NCBI GenBank assembly: GCA_047495785.1
Contig: JBLDXI010000055.1
Span: 248,001 to 312,000, forward strand
DNA: 64,000 bases
DNA from: Lepidodermella squamata
Lineage: Eukaryota > Animalia > Gastrotricha
Direction: 5' to 3'
Under the pieces are notes generated by a model. That model was given only the letters and a program-made list of their open reading frames with translations, was not told the origin of the DNA and did no database searches. Positions 25,043 to 36,469 of the stretch are shown one piece after another; the first letter of the stretch is position 1, and each line of letters starts with the position of its first letter. The translations under genes were made by a program, and so were the position numbers.

Positions 25043-27144
25043 ATGTTCCGATTGTTTCGGAATATCAATTTTCAATCGTGCTATCTTAATCAGAGACCTG
25101 GAAACTTCGTCAAAAATTTATCTTCTTTCCGCAGAATCACATGCGGAGAGTTGACAGGAGTTGATGCTAGCAGCTCGGATTCGCACGTTGTTTTGTCTGG
25201 ATGGTTACAGTATCAACGATTATCTGGAAAGTTTTTTACTCTTCGTGATAGCTATGGTTCAACTCAAATTCTCGTTCCTGACGAAAATGCGGAATTGGCG
25301 AAGCTAGTAGAATCGGCCCCTCTTGAATCAGTTTTAGAGGTTACCGGCACTGTCAAACGGCGACCTGCAGGCCTGCAAAATAAAAGCATGCCAACTGGAG
25401 AAATCGAGGTTCATGCGAAAGACGTGAAGATATTAAATAAGTGCGATCTAAATCCCCTACCTTTTCAAGTGAGAACTTCGAATGATATCAAAATTTGACC
25501 ATTTTCTCGATTGTTTTTAATTATGCAGGTGAGTCGCGCTGCAGCCGTAAACGAACTCGTTCGTTTGCAATATCGTTATATTGATCTAAGATCAAAGGAG
25601 ATGCAAGAAGCTATACGCATTCGATCTCAATTTCTTCATAAAATTCGATCGCACCTTATCGAGAAACATCGATTTGTCGAAGTTGAGACTCCGTTTTTAT
25701 TCAAGAAGACCCCTGCCGGCGCTCGTGAATTTATAGTCCCGACCCGTCTGAAAGAAAACTATTTCTGCTTGCCACAGTCTCCGCAACAATTCAAACAAGT
25801 TCTAATGGCCGCTGGCGTAGATCGCTACATGCAAGTGGCTAGGTGTTTTCGCGACGAATCTGCGCGTTCGGATCGCCAGCCCGAGTTCACTCAGCTTGAT
25901 ATGGAAGTCTCATTCGCCGACGAAGAGATTATTAGGTTGGATTGGAATTATTTTCAGTTATTGATGATGATGAAATGATTGTTCTTAGATCCATAATAGA
26001 AAGCTCAATAATTAATGCGTGGCCCTCTCTTGTCAACCTGCGAAACTGCCCAGCCCCATCACAACCGTTTAGGCGAATGAAGTATCGAGATGTCATGGCT
26101 AATTACGGGTCCGATAAGCCTGACTTACGCTTTCCCGACTGGACTATCAAGGAGTCTACATCTAAACGGCATCGATACATGCGATTCGATGGGATTTTTA
26201 GGCTCTTCTCGGGAGGGAGCGAGGGTAAAAAAGCGTTATTGGAACTGGAGCAAAGTGTCACCCAGAAATATCCTAGTGCGAAAATATTCATATGCAAGCA
26301 TAATTCTAAACTATCGAAATTGAAATCAGTGGGAACCACTTATCTCCCAAAGGATATAGCTTCAGAAATCGAAGTGGCCGAACGTGACGGATCTACATCT
26401 GAAGACGGTTTAATTATCATCGTACCAAGTGAAGTTCAGGGTGACAAATTGATTGATACTCGACTTTGGCTTGGTCATGCTCGGCATTTTGTTGGGGCTA
26501 TTTGCGAAAAGCACGGATGGCCCGCTTCTAAAGATTTCAAGAGTTCATTCGAATTCCTGTGGGTCGAAGAATTCCCAATGTTTGTTCCCGCTGCTACGGC
26601 TGAATCTGACACGAATCAAAGCAAAATTGGAGTAGAATGCGGTCATCATCCGTTCACTGGTAAGAAAATTGTTTGGTTTATCATCATTTCGCAATAGTCC
26701 TATTTATTTTGTCCAGCTCCGCACCCCGAGGATGCCATTTTGTTGACCGAAGCTCTACAAAACATCGCGTCAATTGACGTGGAAAAGCTATTGAAGGTTC
26801 GCTCTCGTCAGTACGATTTGGTGTTGAATGGTCGTGAAGTGGGTGGTGGTTCCGTTCGACTTCATGACGCTGCTCTACAGAGGAAGGTTCTAGTCGATGT
26901 ACTTGGACACAAAGCAGAAGATTTTGATTTCTTTCTGCAAGCTCTAAGCTCTGGTTGCCCACCGCATGCAGGTATCGCTTTGGGAGTTGAAAGGTTGCTA
27001 GCTACTTTGTTGCATCGGCCGAGCGTTCGCGACGTGATGGCTTTTCCAAAGAGCAGCGAAGGGCGAGACGTGATGACTGGCGCTCCTTGCAAATTACCCC
27101 GTGAAGATCTCGAGTTTTACGGCCAGTTTGTTCCAAAGAAATGA
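25043..27144 (+). CDS. DARS2: Aspartyl-tRNA synthetase, mitochondrial (4 exons)
   Basis: OB fold ([18 protein letters not shown]), [80 protein letters not shown]. Confidence 0.95.
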
Positions 27145-28916
27145 TAATTCTGTGGATTGATTCACTTTCAAAAATGTGCCACAATGGTCATAAATAGTAA
27201 TACTACCTAGAAATACTGATGAATAAAGTCTAGTTTCTATTTGATCTCTTGAAGTTTTTCAATTATCAAGTCCTTCTAGACAAGGCAAGGGGGCGAAACT
27301 GGATTAATAAACAATGCTTTTTAATCCGTGTCCAAGCACACAGAAGCGAGAAAAAGACATCGAAAAGTGTGTTTTACGAAAATGCAAAAACTGAAACTGA
27401 AAAAATCGCTCTGCATCCTCGCATGCAAAAGTACCGTAGAGGGCAACTCATCACCTGGACCTCCGATTTTCAATCTGAAAATATATTCGTACTCGTCTCA
27501 ACGAGTAGACCACGATATTTAGAAGTTATCCTGTATGTGAATCCTGCTTTTGGTGTCTGTCATATTGAGGTGTGGCAATAGAGGAATGGCATTAGGTAAA
27601 TTATTCCTTTGTAGATGACCATGCCATCTGCTTCGTCTCTACGTGGCTACGTCTCATGATCTTCTTGACTCACGCCCATTTTAGACTGCCGACGGAAAAT
27701 GCATGGCTTTTCCTATCTTCTGTCCTACAACCAAATGAATTTCAATAATTAGTCGAGGCAGATACAAAGAAACCTCCATTTCCGCGAGTCAAATCGATCG
27801 CGAGTCTTTATATGCTGCTAAATTACCCTTTCCCCTCTACCTCCTATACGGTAAATTTGTGTTTTTGTCAAAAAATCGCCCGAGTTTTAAATTCATAACT
27901 GGAAAATAAGTTATTGGGAGAGTCTAACTAATCAGATCCGTACCTTTTCCACAATTTGATGGAAAGGATGGACAAAAATGATCAAGACCTACAAAATCAT
28001 TTTCCGTGATTTTGATAAATAATTTTGATGATATAGCTCGAAATTTACATGGCAGGGTGGAGCTTATTGCGCTGAATCTGGAAATATATAATTCACCGAA
28101 ATCGCGATCAAAATGAGTCTGAAATGCGACAAAAACGTAATTTTGTCGACCATAGCAGGGCTAAGAAGAGAAAAATGGTGAGGGTTTAGGTAAAAGATGG
28201 AGAAAAGGCATGAAAATGATGCGTCTGTTAGGATGAAAATGTTGTTTGTGAGCTGCAGCTTCGTGGCAGCTTCGGCGATTTGTGCGCATCTGGAGCCATT
28301 TACGCCGTAAACAACGCGCTTGCGCCGGTAACACAAGTACTCCGCAGCACATTCTTTGCAATAATGTGGCTGATGAATCACGCGCACTTTATATAAGAGA
28401 AGTACTTCGGCGGAACTAATTAACGAAATTGTGTCGCGATTCGTGTGTTAGTTGACATTTGAAGCGATCTCGTCGATAGTGCTGTATAAAACAAGCCGAT
28501 ACCTGTTTTCCGCTCGAAAAAATGTTATTCCTAGCCCAAGTTATGCCTAAAATATTAGAATAAATAAAATGATTCCTGCTTTCCGTCAGATCCGCGAATA
28601 TGGGGCGCGCGGATCGCATTCCATTCCATAAAAAGATGCAGCAAAATTATGCGAGCTTCGTATATAATATTGTCATGGACAACTCATGGACAAAATATTC
28701 ATGATGTTACCCTAATTTAAAATTACCAAGGCCACTGACCCTTGACGATTTTCCGACAGAAATTTTTCGCGGCTTTTCGCGCTGAACTTTGAACTTACTC
28801 CTTGCTAGTAGTTTTTGGTAGCCAAAAGCTTCTGCGCGCAACCCACCGGTTTGTATGGTTCGTATATTTTGTATTTTTAGTTTCATTCTTTTTTAGCCTT
28901 CAAAGACACGCGGTAG

Positions 28917-29833
28917 CAAATTGTTTTGGTGACTTTGTTGATATTTTTCTTGATGACGATGATGACAGCGTGAGCAGATGATGTGGCAGCTAATAAACAA
29001 GCATTTTACTTGACTGTTCCAGATACACCCCAGTATTGTTGTGTCATGCTACGACGGTACACGAGAGCTGCGGCGTGTTTTCTCCAATGCTTAATGTGAC
29101 GTCAGCATTATGTATGACTTATCCCCTTTAGCTCCTTTTTCTTTCATTCTATGTTAACTGACAGATGGATTAATCGTATATTTGCGTTACCTGCAAGTGC
29201 AACAATATGTAAAACTGCTCAATCCTTCTCGTGTAAAATGCCTTAATTCTGCCGCCCTCGTCTTCGGGTGGATGGCTGCAGTCGGCGTGTCTATCGTGGC
29301 CTATCTCCAGGAGACATCGGTTCTTGAGGTGCACATGATCGGGGCTTGCATAGCATTTTTGTTAGCCGGCCTTTACATGGTGCTCGAAAGCGTCATCTCC
29401 TTCGCCACAGCTCCTCAATGCGTTTTAAAGCCAATTGCATATATTCGCAGCTTTCTCGCTGCTTTATATTTGGTGGCATTCATTTCAAGTATGTTGTTAC
29501 TTTTTATAATCGTCAAGTGACGAGCGAACTTTATTTTCAGCGCAAATCTTTGCTCTTCTCTCATTTTCATGCTTCAATGGAATCGATAAGAAGAAATGGC
29601 GTCCTCAGGATGGAGTAATATATTTTCTTTTCTTGGAATATCTGTTTTACGATATCTTTCAGGGCTGGAACTATCATTTGGTCAGTGCAAGTTCAGAATG
29701 GGCCATGAGCTTTTTCATTGTCTTATTTCTGGCGACTTACGGCTACGAACATCACCACACTTGCGTGCCTCCTCAAACAAGCTTCCTCGATGTTGCTTTC
29801 GGTCCTTTGACTGGCCAAGATGATCAAGTCTAG
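28917..29833 (+). CDS. DRAM/TMEM150 (Frag1/DRAM/Sfk1) family membrane protein with a damaged 5' end; possibly a pseudogene
   Basis: ESCGVFSPMLN, IVYLRYLQV, SIVAYLQETSVLEVHMIGA, KWRPQDGGWNYHLVSASSEW; four short GT-AG introns. In-frame TAG at 28914 just before TM1, and the PYISDTG motif is missing. Confidence 0.75.
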
Positions 29834-30145
29834 GTTGTCTTTCAGACGTCTTCAGCCTTCAGCTCAATCCTTTTTCAATTTTGCTATGAATTTACATGAA
29901 GAACTAGTATAAAAGGCTCAGTTCTTCACCTATCCGTTGGTTTTACGTTTGTAGGAAGTTGATTGAATTTACATTAATGAAATAAATTAATGATTGAATT
30001 GTAACGATGGACCTCACTCATCGGCCATATGCTGCAGGTTTAGCTTTTCGCAACGTGCGATGCTAAGAGAACATGTCCAAAAACGTTCAAAAAACATTTC
30101 TAGATGGAGTAAACGGTGTTTTCTGCCACGGTCTATTGAATTGCA

Positions 30146-30194
30146 TTGTAATAGTCTCTTGTAATAGTTAAGTACTGTAATAGTAATTGTAATA
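30146..30194. repeat. Four spaced copies of TGTAATAGT
   Basis: Read directly from the sequence. Confidence 0.6.
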
Positions 30195-30515
30195 GTAAAG
30201 TATGTTTAGGTGGGCCCTTCCGGTGCCGGAAAGTCAAGTCTTCTGGATTCCAAACTGAAGCTGCGGGAACAGTCGTTATATACGGTCGCTAACACCCGTT
30301 GTCTCATTGCTCAAAAATAATGTCAGTGGTAGCTAATTACATTCTGCAGGGTGAATTCTTTTTCCATAACTGACCGTAAGAAAATAGCTGAACTATGCCG
30401 CTTGGATAAGTTACCCCCAAATGTCAACTCGGTTAAAGAGCGAGAGCGAATGGCTAAATTACTGTTGAATCGTCTGAGTTTGAATGAAGTTGCCGACCGA
30501 AGAATCGGACGGTTA

Positions 30516-31213
30516 TAGTGTGTTCACAAACTGCTTCGGTGAGGCGTCCGAAGCTTTCGGCCACCGAAGTTTCGTAAGAGGCCTCCGAAGTTGCGTAATC
30601 GCTGCCCGAAGTTTGAGCGCGTCCGAAGTTATTACACACGCACGCAAACACGCGCGCGCGCACACAGCCACTTGACTACACTGTACCTTGCGCCTAAAAT
30701 TTGTCTTTCCGGTGATATTTTCATTGACAATGCGATCCGTTTCATTAGCCATTAAAAAATTACATAGCAATAGTGATAAGCATTTAGATACTGAGAAATC
30801 AATATTGCAAAAATGTCCGGTTTCTATGACGAATTTTTGAATCTAGCGCGGCTCGTATGGAAAAAGTGGCTTTGATGAGAATGCGCGACAATATTTTAGC
30901 AAATATTTTTTATAGCGAATCTGGTGAACTGAGCGCTGAAATTTAGCTTCTTTTTATCCTCATCAGAAGGCGCGTCTCATTATGCAAAAAATTCGGAGAA
31001 TTAAGGTAAAATGGAAAAAAACTGCATTGACCCTGAGTACCGTGCGTGGTGTGTGAGCTAGCGGCCAAACTTCGGCCGCGAACAATAGAAACTTCGGTCG
31101 GCACGCTGCGAAAATGTCACTGATAAGGCCGCCGAAGTTTTGCTATTTCTCTCAGAAGTTTCTACTTCGCTCTCCGAAGCGGTCGGTCTCCGAAGTAGTT
31201 TGTGAGCGCACTA
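30516..31213. mobile_element. MITE / non-autonomous DNA transposon (698 bp)
   Basis: TIRs TAGTGTGTTCACAAACTGCTTCGG and CCGAAGTAGTTTGTGAGCGCACTA (21/24 match); TTA on both flanks (30513-30515, 31214-31216); many subterminal CCGAAG/CTTCGG motifs; no transposase ORF. Confidence 0.8.
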
Positions 31214-31280
31214 TTATCTGGCGGCCAGCGAAAGCGTGTATCTACAGCGGTCGGGCTGATCAACTTTCCGCCAGTTTTCC

Positions 31281-31316
31281 TTGACTGACTTGACTGGACT
31301 TGACTGGACTTGACTT
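31281..31316. repeat. Imperfect (TTGAC/TGGAC)n pentamer microsatellite
   Basis: ttgactgacttgactggacttgactggacttgactt. Confidence 0.65.
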
Positions 31317-31364
31317 TGTTTCGAGTTACCGTCTTATTAAGCTGCTGACAAATATCGCTATGTC

Positions 31365-31903
31365 AAAACTAAACTAAACTAAACTAAACTTTATTGACGT
31401 GCAATTATCATATGCATGATTGCAGCACATAGTAAGGCATACTTATCATAGACACTCAAGTGTTAATCTAGTGGCTATTACTGGCCGAGGGCAGAGGATT
31501 TCGGGTTTGCTGCGCCGTATAGGGTGTGAACCAGAGGGTGTGATGTCGCAGACAACGGGTATTGCTGTCCGTGTCGGCGTCCATCTTTTGCACCATAGAA
31601 CTTTTGCACCGTGCGACACTGCAAGCTCCATTGGCACCATACCGTCCTAGACGAGTGTCGTGAGGCTTCGCTCGGCTATAGCTGACCGAGGTGATTAGTT
31701 CAGACGAGAAGGATCGGCGACCGAGGGTATTGCTGCCACTCAGCCGGAGCAGTAGGGGTAAAGTGCTCTGCTCAGTTACACACGCGCCGTGACTCGGAGA
31801 CGAACCACTGACCTTCAGAGAAAGCACAGCGGACGCTTAACCACTAAGCCACGTGCTCCCCTTGCTTAACCACTAAGCCACGTGCTCCCCCACTAAGCCA
31901 CGT
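31365..31903 (-). mobile_element. tRNA-derived SINE (about 500 bp) with reiterated 5' end
   Basis: Minus strand: GGGGAGCACG start, A box TGGCTTAGTGG (31841-31851), B box GGTTCGTCTCC (31796-31806), CORE-like segment GTGTGTAACTGAGCAGAGCACTTTACCCC, and 3' AATAAA followed by an (AGTTT)5 tail. Confidence 0.8.
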
Positions 31904-33424
31904 CAGGGTGTAATGTCATTTGCACGGTACATAAATTGATAAAAATTTGGCGGGTCCATTCAAATTTGGAAGCTCAAAAAATACCTCGAAGAATCGATGA
32001 AAACATCCTCAAAATCTGTACACACTTAACGAGAAAAACAGACTTCTTTGCTTTCTTTATACTGATTCTGTTGCGTTAATTCTGAGAACTTATTATGCTA
32101 GGAGCTATCAATAATTTTTCGTGTTTCATTATTGCATTAAAGGATGAGAGTTCGTTAAATTAGAATATTATGTTCCTTTGAAATCGATCAACATTTTTCA
32201 TTCGAATTTTGATCATCGGACGCCGTTTTGAATGTGAATTGAATGTGAATGTTTTCTATCAACTAGGCATGGTCTATAACAACGGATAACAAAAAATGGA
32301 GTCAATAACATAAGTGGAAGTATATTCTGCTGGAAAACTTCGGCTAACTTCAATGCAGTAAGTTGTTACGGATCGAAAAAGTTTAAAAAAAACATCATAC
32401 CATGCAACCAAGAAATATTTAGTTTAACATTTTTTCTCTCTTTATGCTTTCTAAATGTAACAAGAAATCAGTTAAGTATTGAGGAATTTATTATATGTGA
32501 AAGACATTTTAATGCGTTTTTTTGCTGTTCTTGCGACGATCTCTCCCCCTGATCGTGATGACTAAGCGAGTTAACCTAGTTCGATTCCGAATTCGCATAC
32601 AAGCGCGAATTTGAATATTTTATTACCTGATACGCTTGATCTTCCTTGCAACCATAACCTAGCACTCAATATCATTCATTGCGCCAGAATTGCGGTTACC
32701 GATTGCGGCGGCACGTTATCCGCAAGTTAGAAGTGTCGACATTCGGGGCTGCTTGCCGCTTGCGCTGGTGTTGACAGAGAAGATATTCAAAGAGGCGCTT
32801 TCTTTTCAGTCTGTCTGTCTGTCTCCGGTCTCCGACGCTGGTATCGATTTGTGGCGTAGATGTAGACATTGGAGATAAATTCAGGTTTCAGGTAGCTAGT
32901 GCACACTGCCCACTGCTCGACGAATTTGTCTTCTGTGATGAGTGTGTCTTCTTGATCTAATATCGAGACTCTCTTCTCGCAGTCAAGTATGCGTGATACT
33001 TGATAATCGAGATATCTCGGAGTTTGCAGTTATATATCCTGACCTGAAGTTAGGGTTTCTTCTACAACAAGCTTCATTCGATAAATGTCAGAGATGTTAG
33101 ATAGAATATCTGTTTAACCTAAGTAATAAGATTTGAAATTGTTTCTTTCCATTCGAAATTCTAAGTGTTCAGACCGCTTAGGAAGTCCGTACAAAGAATT
33201 CCTGGAATGCTAGCTCGCGATGGTCTTTCAGCGATCGCGTTAAAGTGAATTTCTTATAACATCGTTCCTCTTAATGAGCGATCAGATTTCGGAGCTGCAT
33301 AATACGTAACCATTCTTTATCTGAGCTTCGGCGTTTTTCAATTTATTCGGCGATAATTTTTCTAGCTTATATAAATATTCATATTTATTGGTCTTTAGGT
33401 TATATTGTATCCTTATTAACACAA

Positions 33425-34527
33425 ATGAATCGACCAACCGTCAATGCTGCTGACTCGGAATTTCAAGTCATTGAATTCCACATGCTTCAGAAATCAAAAT
33501 ACTTTCCATTAGCTCTAGCTTCGGGATTTGCGTTACGTTTTACGCTTTACCCGCTAACCTTGATCAAGACACGTATTCAACTTCAGCGGCACAACGAACT
33601 GTACTCAGGGACAATCGATGCGTTTAGAAAGATTTTCCGATCTGAGGGAATTCGAGGACTCTACCGTGGATTTGGCGTCAACTGTTTCCTGGTCATGCCA
33701 TCTCTGGCTTACATCGGAACTTATGAAGGCTCCCGCGGGTATTTGAAGAATATCTCAGAACTTAGCGGTCGCTACCGTGCTCTGCTCGCGGGGTGTGCTG
33801 CTTCATTGATGAGCCAAACATTCATCGTACCGATTGATATTATATCTCAATATTTGATGGTTCTCGGACCTCAGAAAACCGGTGTACAAGCATCGAAGCA
33901 CGCTACTCAACAAGCGTTGTATAACCCTCTCAACCTACCCCAAGAAGCGATGTCATCTCGGGCAAAAGCGACTTATCATGTAATTAATTCTATCTACCAA
34001 CAGTATGGAATATCTGGATTTTACCGCGGGTATTTCGTCTCCTTAATGACGTACGCTCCATCATCAGCGTTGTGGTGGTTCTTTTATGATAGTTATTGCT
34101 GTGAGTATTATTTTTCCAATCGAAACATTTTCAATATTTTTTTACGTTACAGCTTTCTTCCAGTCAACTTTAGTTTCTTTGGAGTTGCCTAGAATAGCTA
34201 TTCAATGTTTGAGCGGGCCAAGTTCATCGATCACTGTCTGTTTTCTAACGAATCCTTTAGATGTTTTGAGATCTCGGATTCAGGTAATTAATGATGACGG
34301 AATTTCTAGCTATATGCATGATTTTTGTTGAATTACAGTTACAAAGGCAGGATGTTTGGACAACATTTTCGCAATTGTGGAGCGAAGAGAGATTGCGGAT
34401 ATTCACCAAAAGCCTAACTGCCCGCCTGACCCAGAGTGTATGGCATTCCTTTTTCATCGTTCTGGGTTACGAGACGGTTAAACGCTTTGCGCTGCACGAC
34501 GAATATAAAAATTCTATAAATTGGTGA
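33425..34527 (+). CDS. SLC25A44: Mitochondrial carrier SLC25A44-like (3 exons)
   Basis: VIEFHMLQKSKYFPL, YPLTLIKTRIQLQ, EGIRGLYRGF, VPIDIISQYLMV, YAPSSALWW, NPLDVLRSRIQ, GYETVKR and a terminal W. Confidence 0.9.
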
Positions 34528-34881
34528 ACGACGCATCAGTATATGCATGTATGTACAAAGTAGTCACACCGGTCAGCAGCTTTTCCAGTACTAGCCACTT
34601 GAAACGAATCAAGCGATGAAAGGCATATTAGGTGCAGATGTACCATCAACTTTCAATGTCTTTTATCAATAATTTTTGCTGCAAACCCGAGTTAATGTTG
34701 TTTGAGTTATTTTTACACTCATTGGGTATGAAGAATATCTACCGCCTATAAGAGATGAAACGACTCTTCCTTTATTGTTTGATTTTTAAAGACGACAATA
34801 CGAAAAAAGAGAGAAGATAACGCCTATTTAATTCGTTAATTTGTTATTTTTCTTAGGGTATTATTTATTACTGAATTAAGC

Positions 34882-35828
34882 ATGGCTACTCCCATTGCCG
34901 AACCTCCAGCTTCGTTGAAGCCGATCAAGCCTTATCTTAAGGTAGCTAGCGATATCGAGTCTACTCAACCTGTTGTTTCATATTACATGCGCTTTTTCGC
35001 CTTGCAAAAAGCGTTGGATATTGACAAGAAGTCACCCGAAGCTCGCAATTTCATCGCAACTGTTATGGGAAATCTGGAAAGTTTCAAATCCCAGAGGACC
35101 GACGAAGGAATTAGGTCTGAAATGGTTGGCCAATCGATGGTCGAAAGTTATGCGTTGATGCTATTCAAACGAGCGGATGAAATGGATCGAGCGGCCCAAT
35201 TTTCGCCTAACCTGGTTAAACTGTTTTACACCGCTAGCTTAATATTCGAAGCATTAAACCAGTTCGGAGCCGTTTCCGATGATATCGATAAAGTTCGAAA
35301 ATACTCGAAATGGAAGGCGGCTTATTTAACTGCATGTTTCAAATCGGGCGAGACGCCTATAGCTGGCCCGCCCATGGACGACCCGCAATATGCGGATATC
35401 GCTGCGGCCTATACTAGTGGGTCCGCTGGGGGTGGCGCGAGCTCAGCTAACTATGACGAGTCCGTTGTTGCGCCCCCAGTGCCGAGCAATTCAGCTGCCG
35501 GAAACTTCGATCTTCCCGCAGTACCTCGTAAGCTTTTTAAATGAGCATTATTTCATTAATTGACATGATTTTCAATTGTTAAGGTGGACCTCCGGCTTCG
35601 TCGTATCAACCCACCCCGCCAGCTCCTGTGGTAACTCCCGCGCCTATTCCAACCCCGAGCTCTTCCTCATCCTCGTCAGCTGCTGCTAATCTTTCTCTCG
35701 ACATGTATGCTAAAGCCATGAAACATTGCAAGTTCGCGCAAAATGCGCTTCAATACGAAGATTCTGCAACAGCGATACTCTATTTGGAAAGAGCTCTCCG
35801 CCTCTTGCATACTGGGAAAGACGAATAA
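34882..35828 (+). CDS. VTA1: VTA1/LIP5 (Vps4 cofactor, ESCRT); 2 exons
   Basis: MIT-MIT N-terminus (LKPIKPYL..PVVSYY..KYSKWKAAYL..GETP) and C-terminal VSL domain (AMKHCKFAQNALQYEDSATAI). Confidence 0.93.
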
Positions 35829-36001
35829 TACTACTGTATTGACCTGGCTTATATTTTTGTTCATTCGAAGTAAAATTATTACGAGAAATTTGCAATTTGT
35901 TTTTACTATTAGTCAAGCTTGCTTTTGTCAAACTATTCCTGATGATATATGAAACTTTATAACATGCTTGTTTAAGGACCGCCTTGACGAAAGAATAAAA
36001 C

Positions 36002-36323
36002 GATAATTTGAAAGATTCCATGTTTTTTTTATCTCCTGAAAAGAGAAGTCACTCAACAGCGAGAGGAAACAATTTCCAGAGCTCATAGCAGCGCTTTCTT
36101 ATCTGCCGTTAATTTTCAGCAAACAGCGCCGAAATTTATATCACATCCAGCTCAGATGTGGCAAGTGTTGGCTTGTCTCTTCCCCGAGACAACGGCTTAT
36201 CGAGTCGGTGTTTCAGTGAGGGTGAACTGAAGCTGAAGCATTGTTATTCTCTTTTTTGTAGGTGTGCGAGAGATAAAAATAATGAGATAAAAAAGGACGA
36301 AACCGTTTCCAGAGAGAAGATAA
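36002..36323 (+). promoter_or_regulatory. GATA-site cluster upstream of ependymin/LolA-like gene 1
   Basis: TTATCT 36029 and 36099; AGATAA 36271, 36285 and 36318; plus two CGATAA-type sites. Confidence 0.5.
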
Positions 36324-36469
36324 AACTCCCGTCTCGGTTATACTGCGAATGTGCAGATTTGTCTCAATGCACGGGTTTATTTTTATTGCATTAGCTACTC
36401 CGCCTGTCGGTACGGCTTGTCTCATATATAACTGCTCTGTTTTGATTTTTTAGGGATATAGAGGAAAAA

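Noticed and set aside
28064-28387. Minus-strand ORF with HYCKEC..LC resembling a transposase Cys-rich tail
   Set aside because: Motif too short and no DDE domain or TIRs found.
30281-30378. 7-bp inverted ends TACGGTC/GACCGTA as a mini-MITE
   Set aside because: Arms too short to distinguish from chance.
31650-31745. HDV-like ribozyme in the SINE body (TTCTCGT loop, hairpin, GCGAA)
   Set aside because: P1, P2 and P3 pairings could not be formed.
31790-31861. Functional tRNA gene
   Set aside because: A and B boxes are present, but the acceptor and anticodon stems do not pair and it continues into a SINE body.
31835-31903. 27-bp direct repeats as a CRISPR array
   Set aside because: No spacers, eukaryotic context, and explained as SINE head reiteration.
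32935-33048. GTGATGA...CTGA C/D snoRNA candidate upstream of SLC25A44
   Set aside because: Weak terminal stem and no identifiable guide complementarity.
35939-35956. CTGATGA-TATAT-GAAAC minimal hammerhead core
   Set aside because: No stem I/III or cleavage triplet can be formed.
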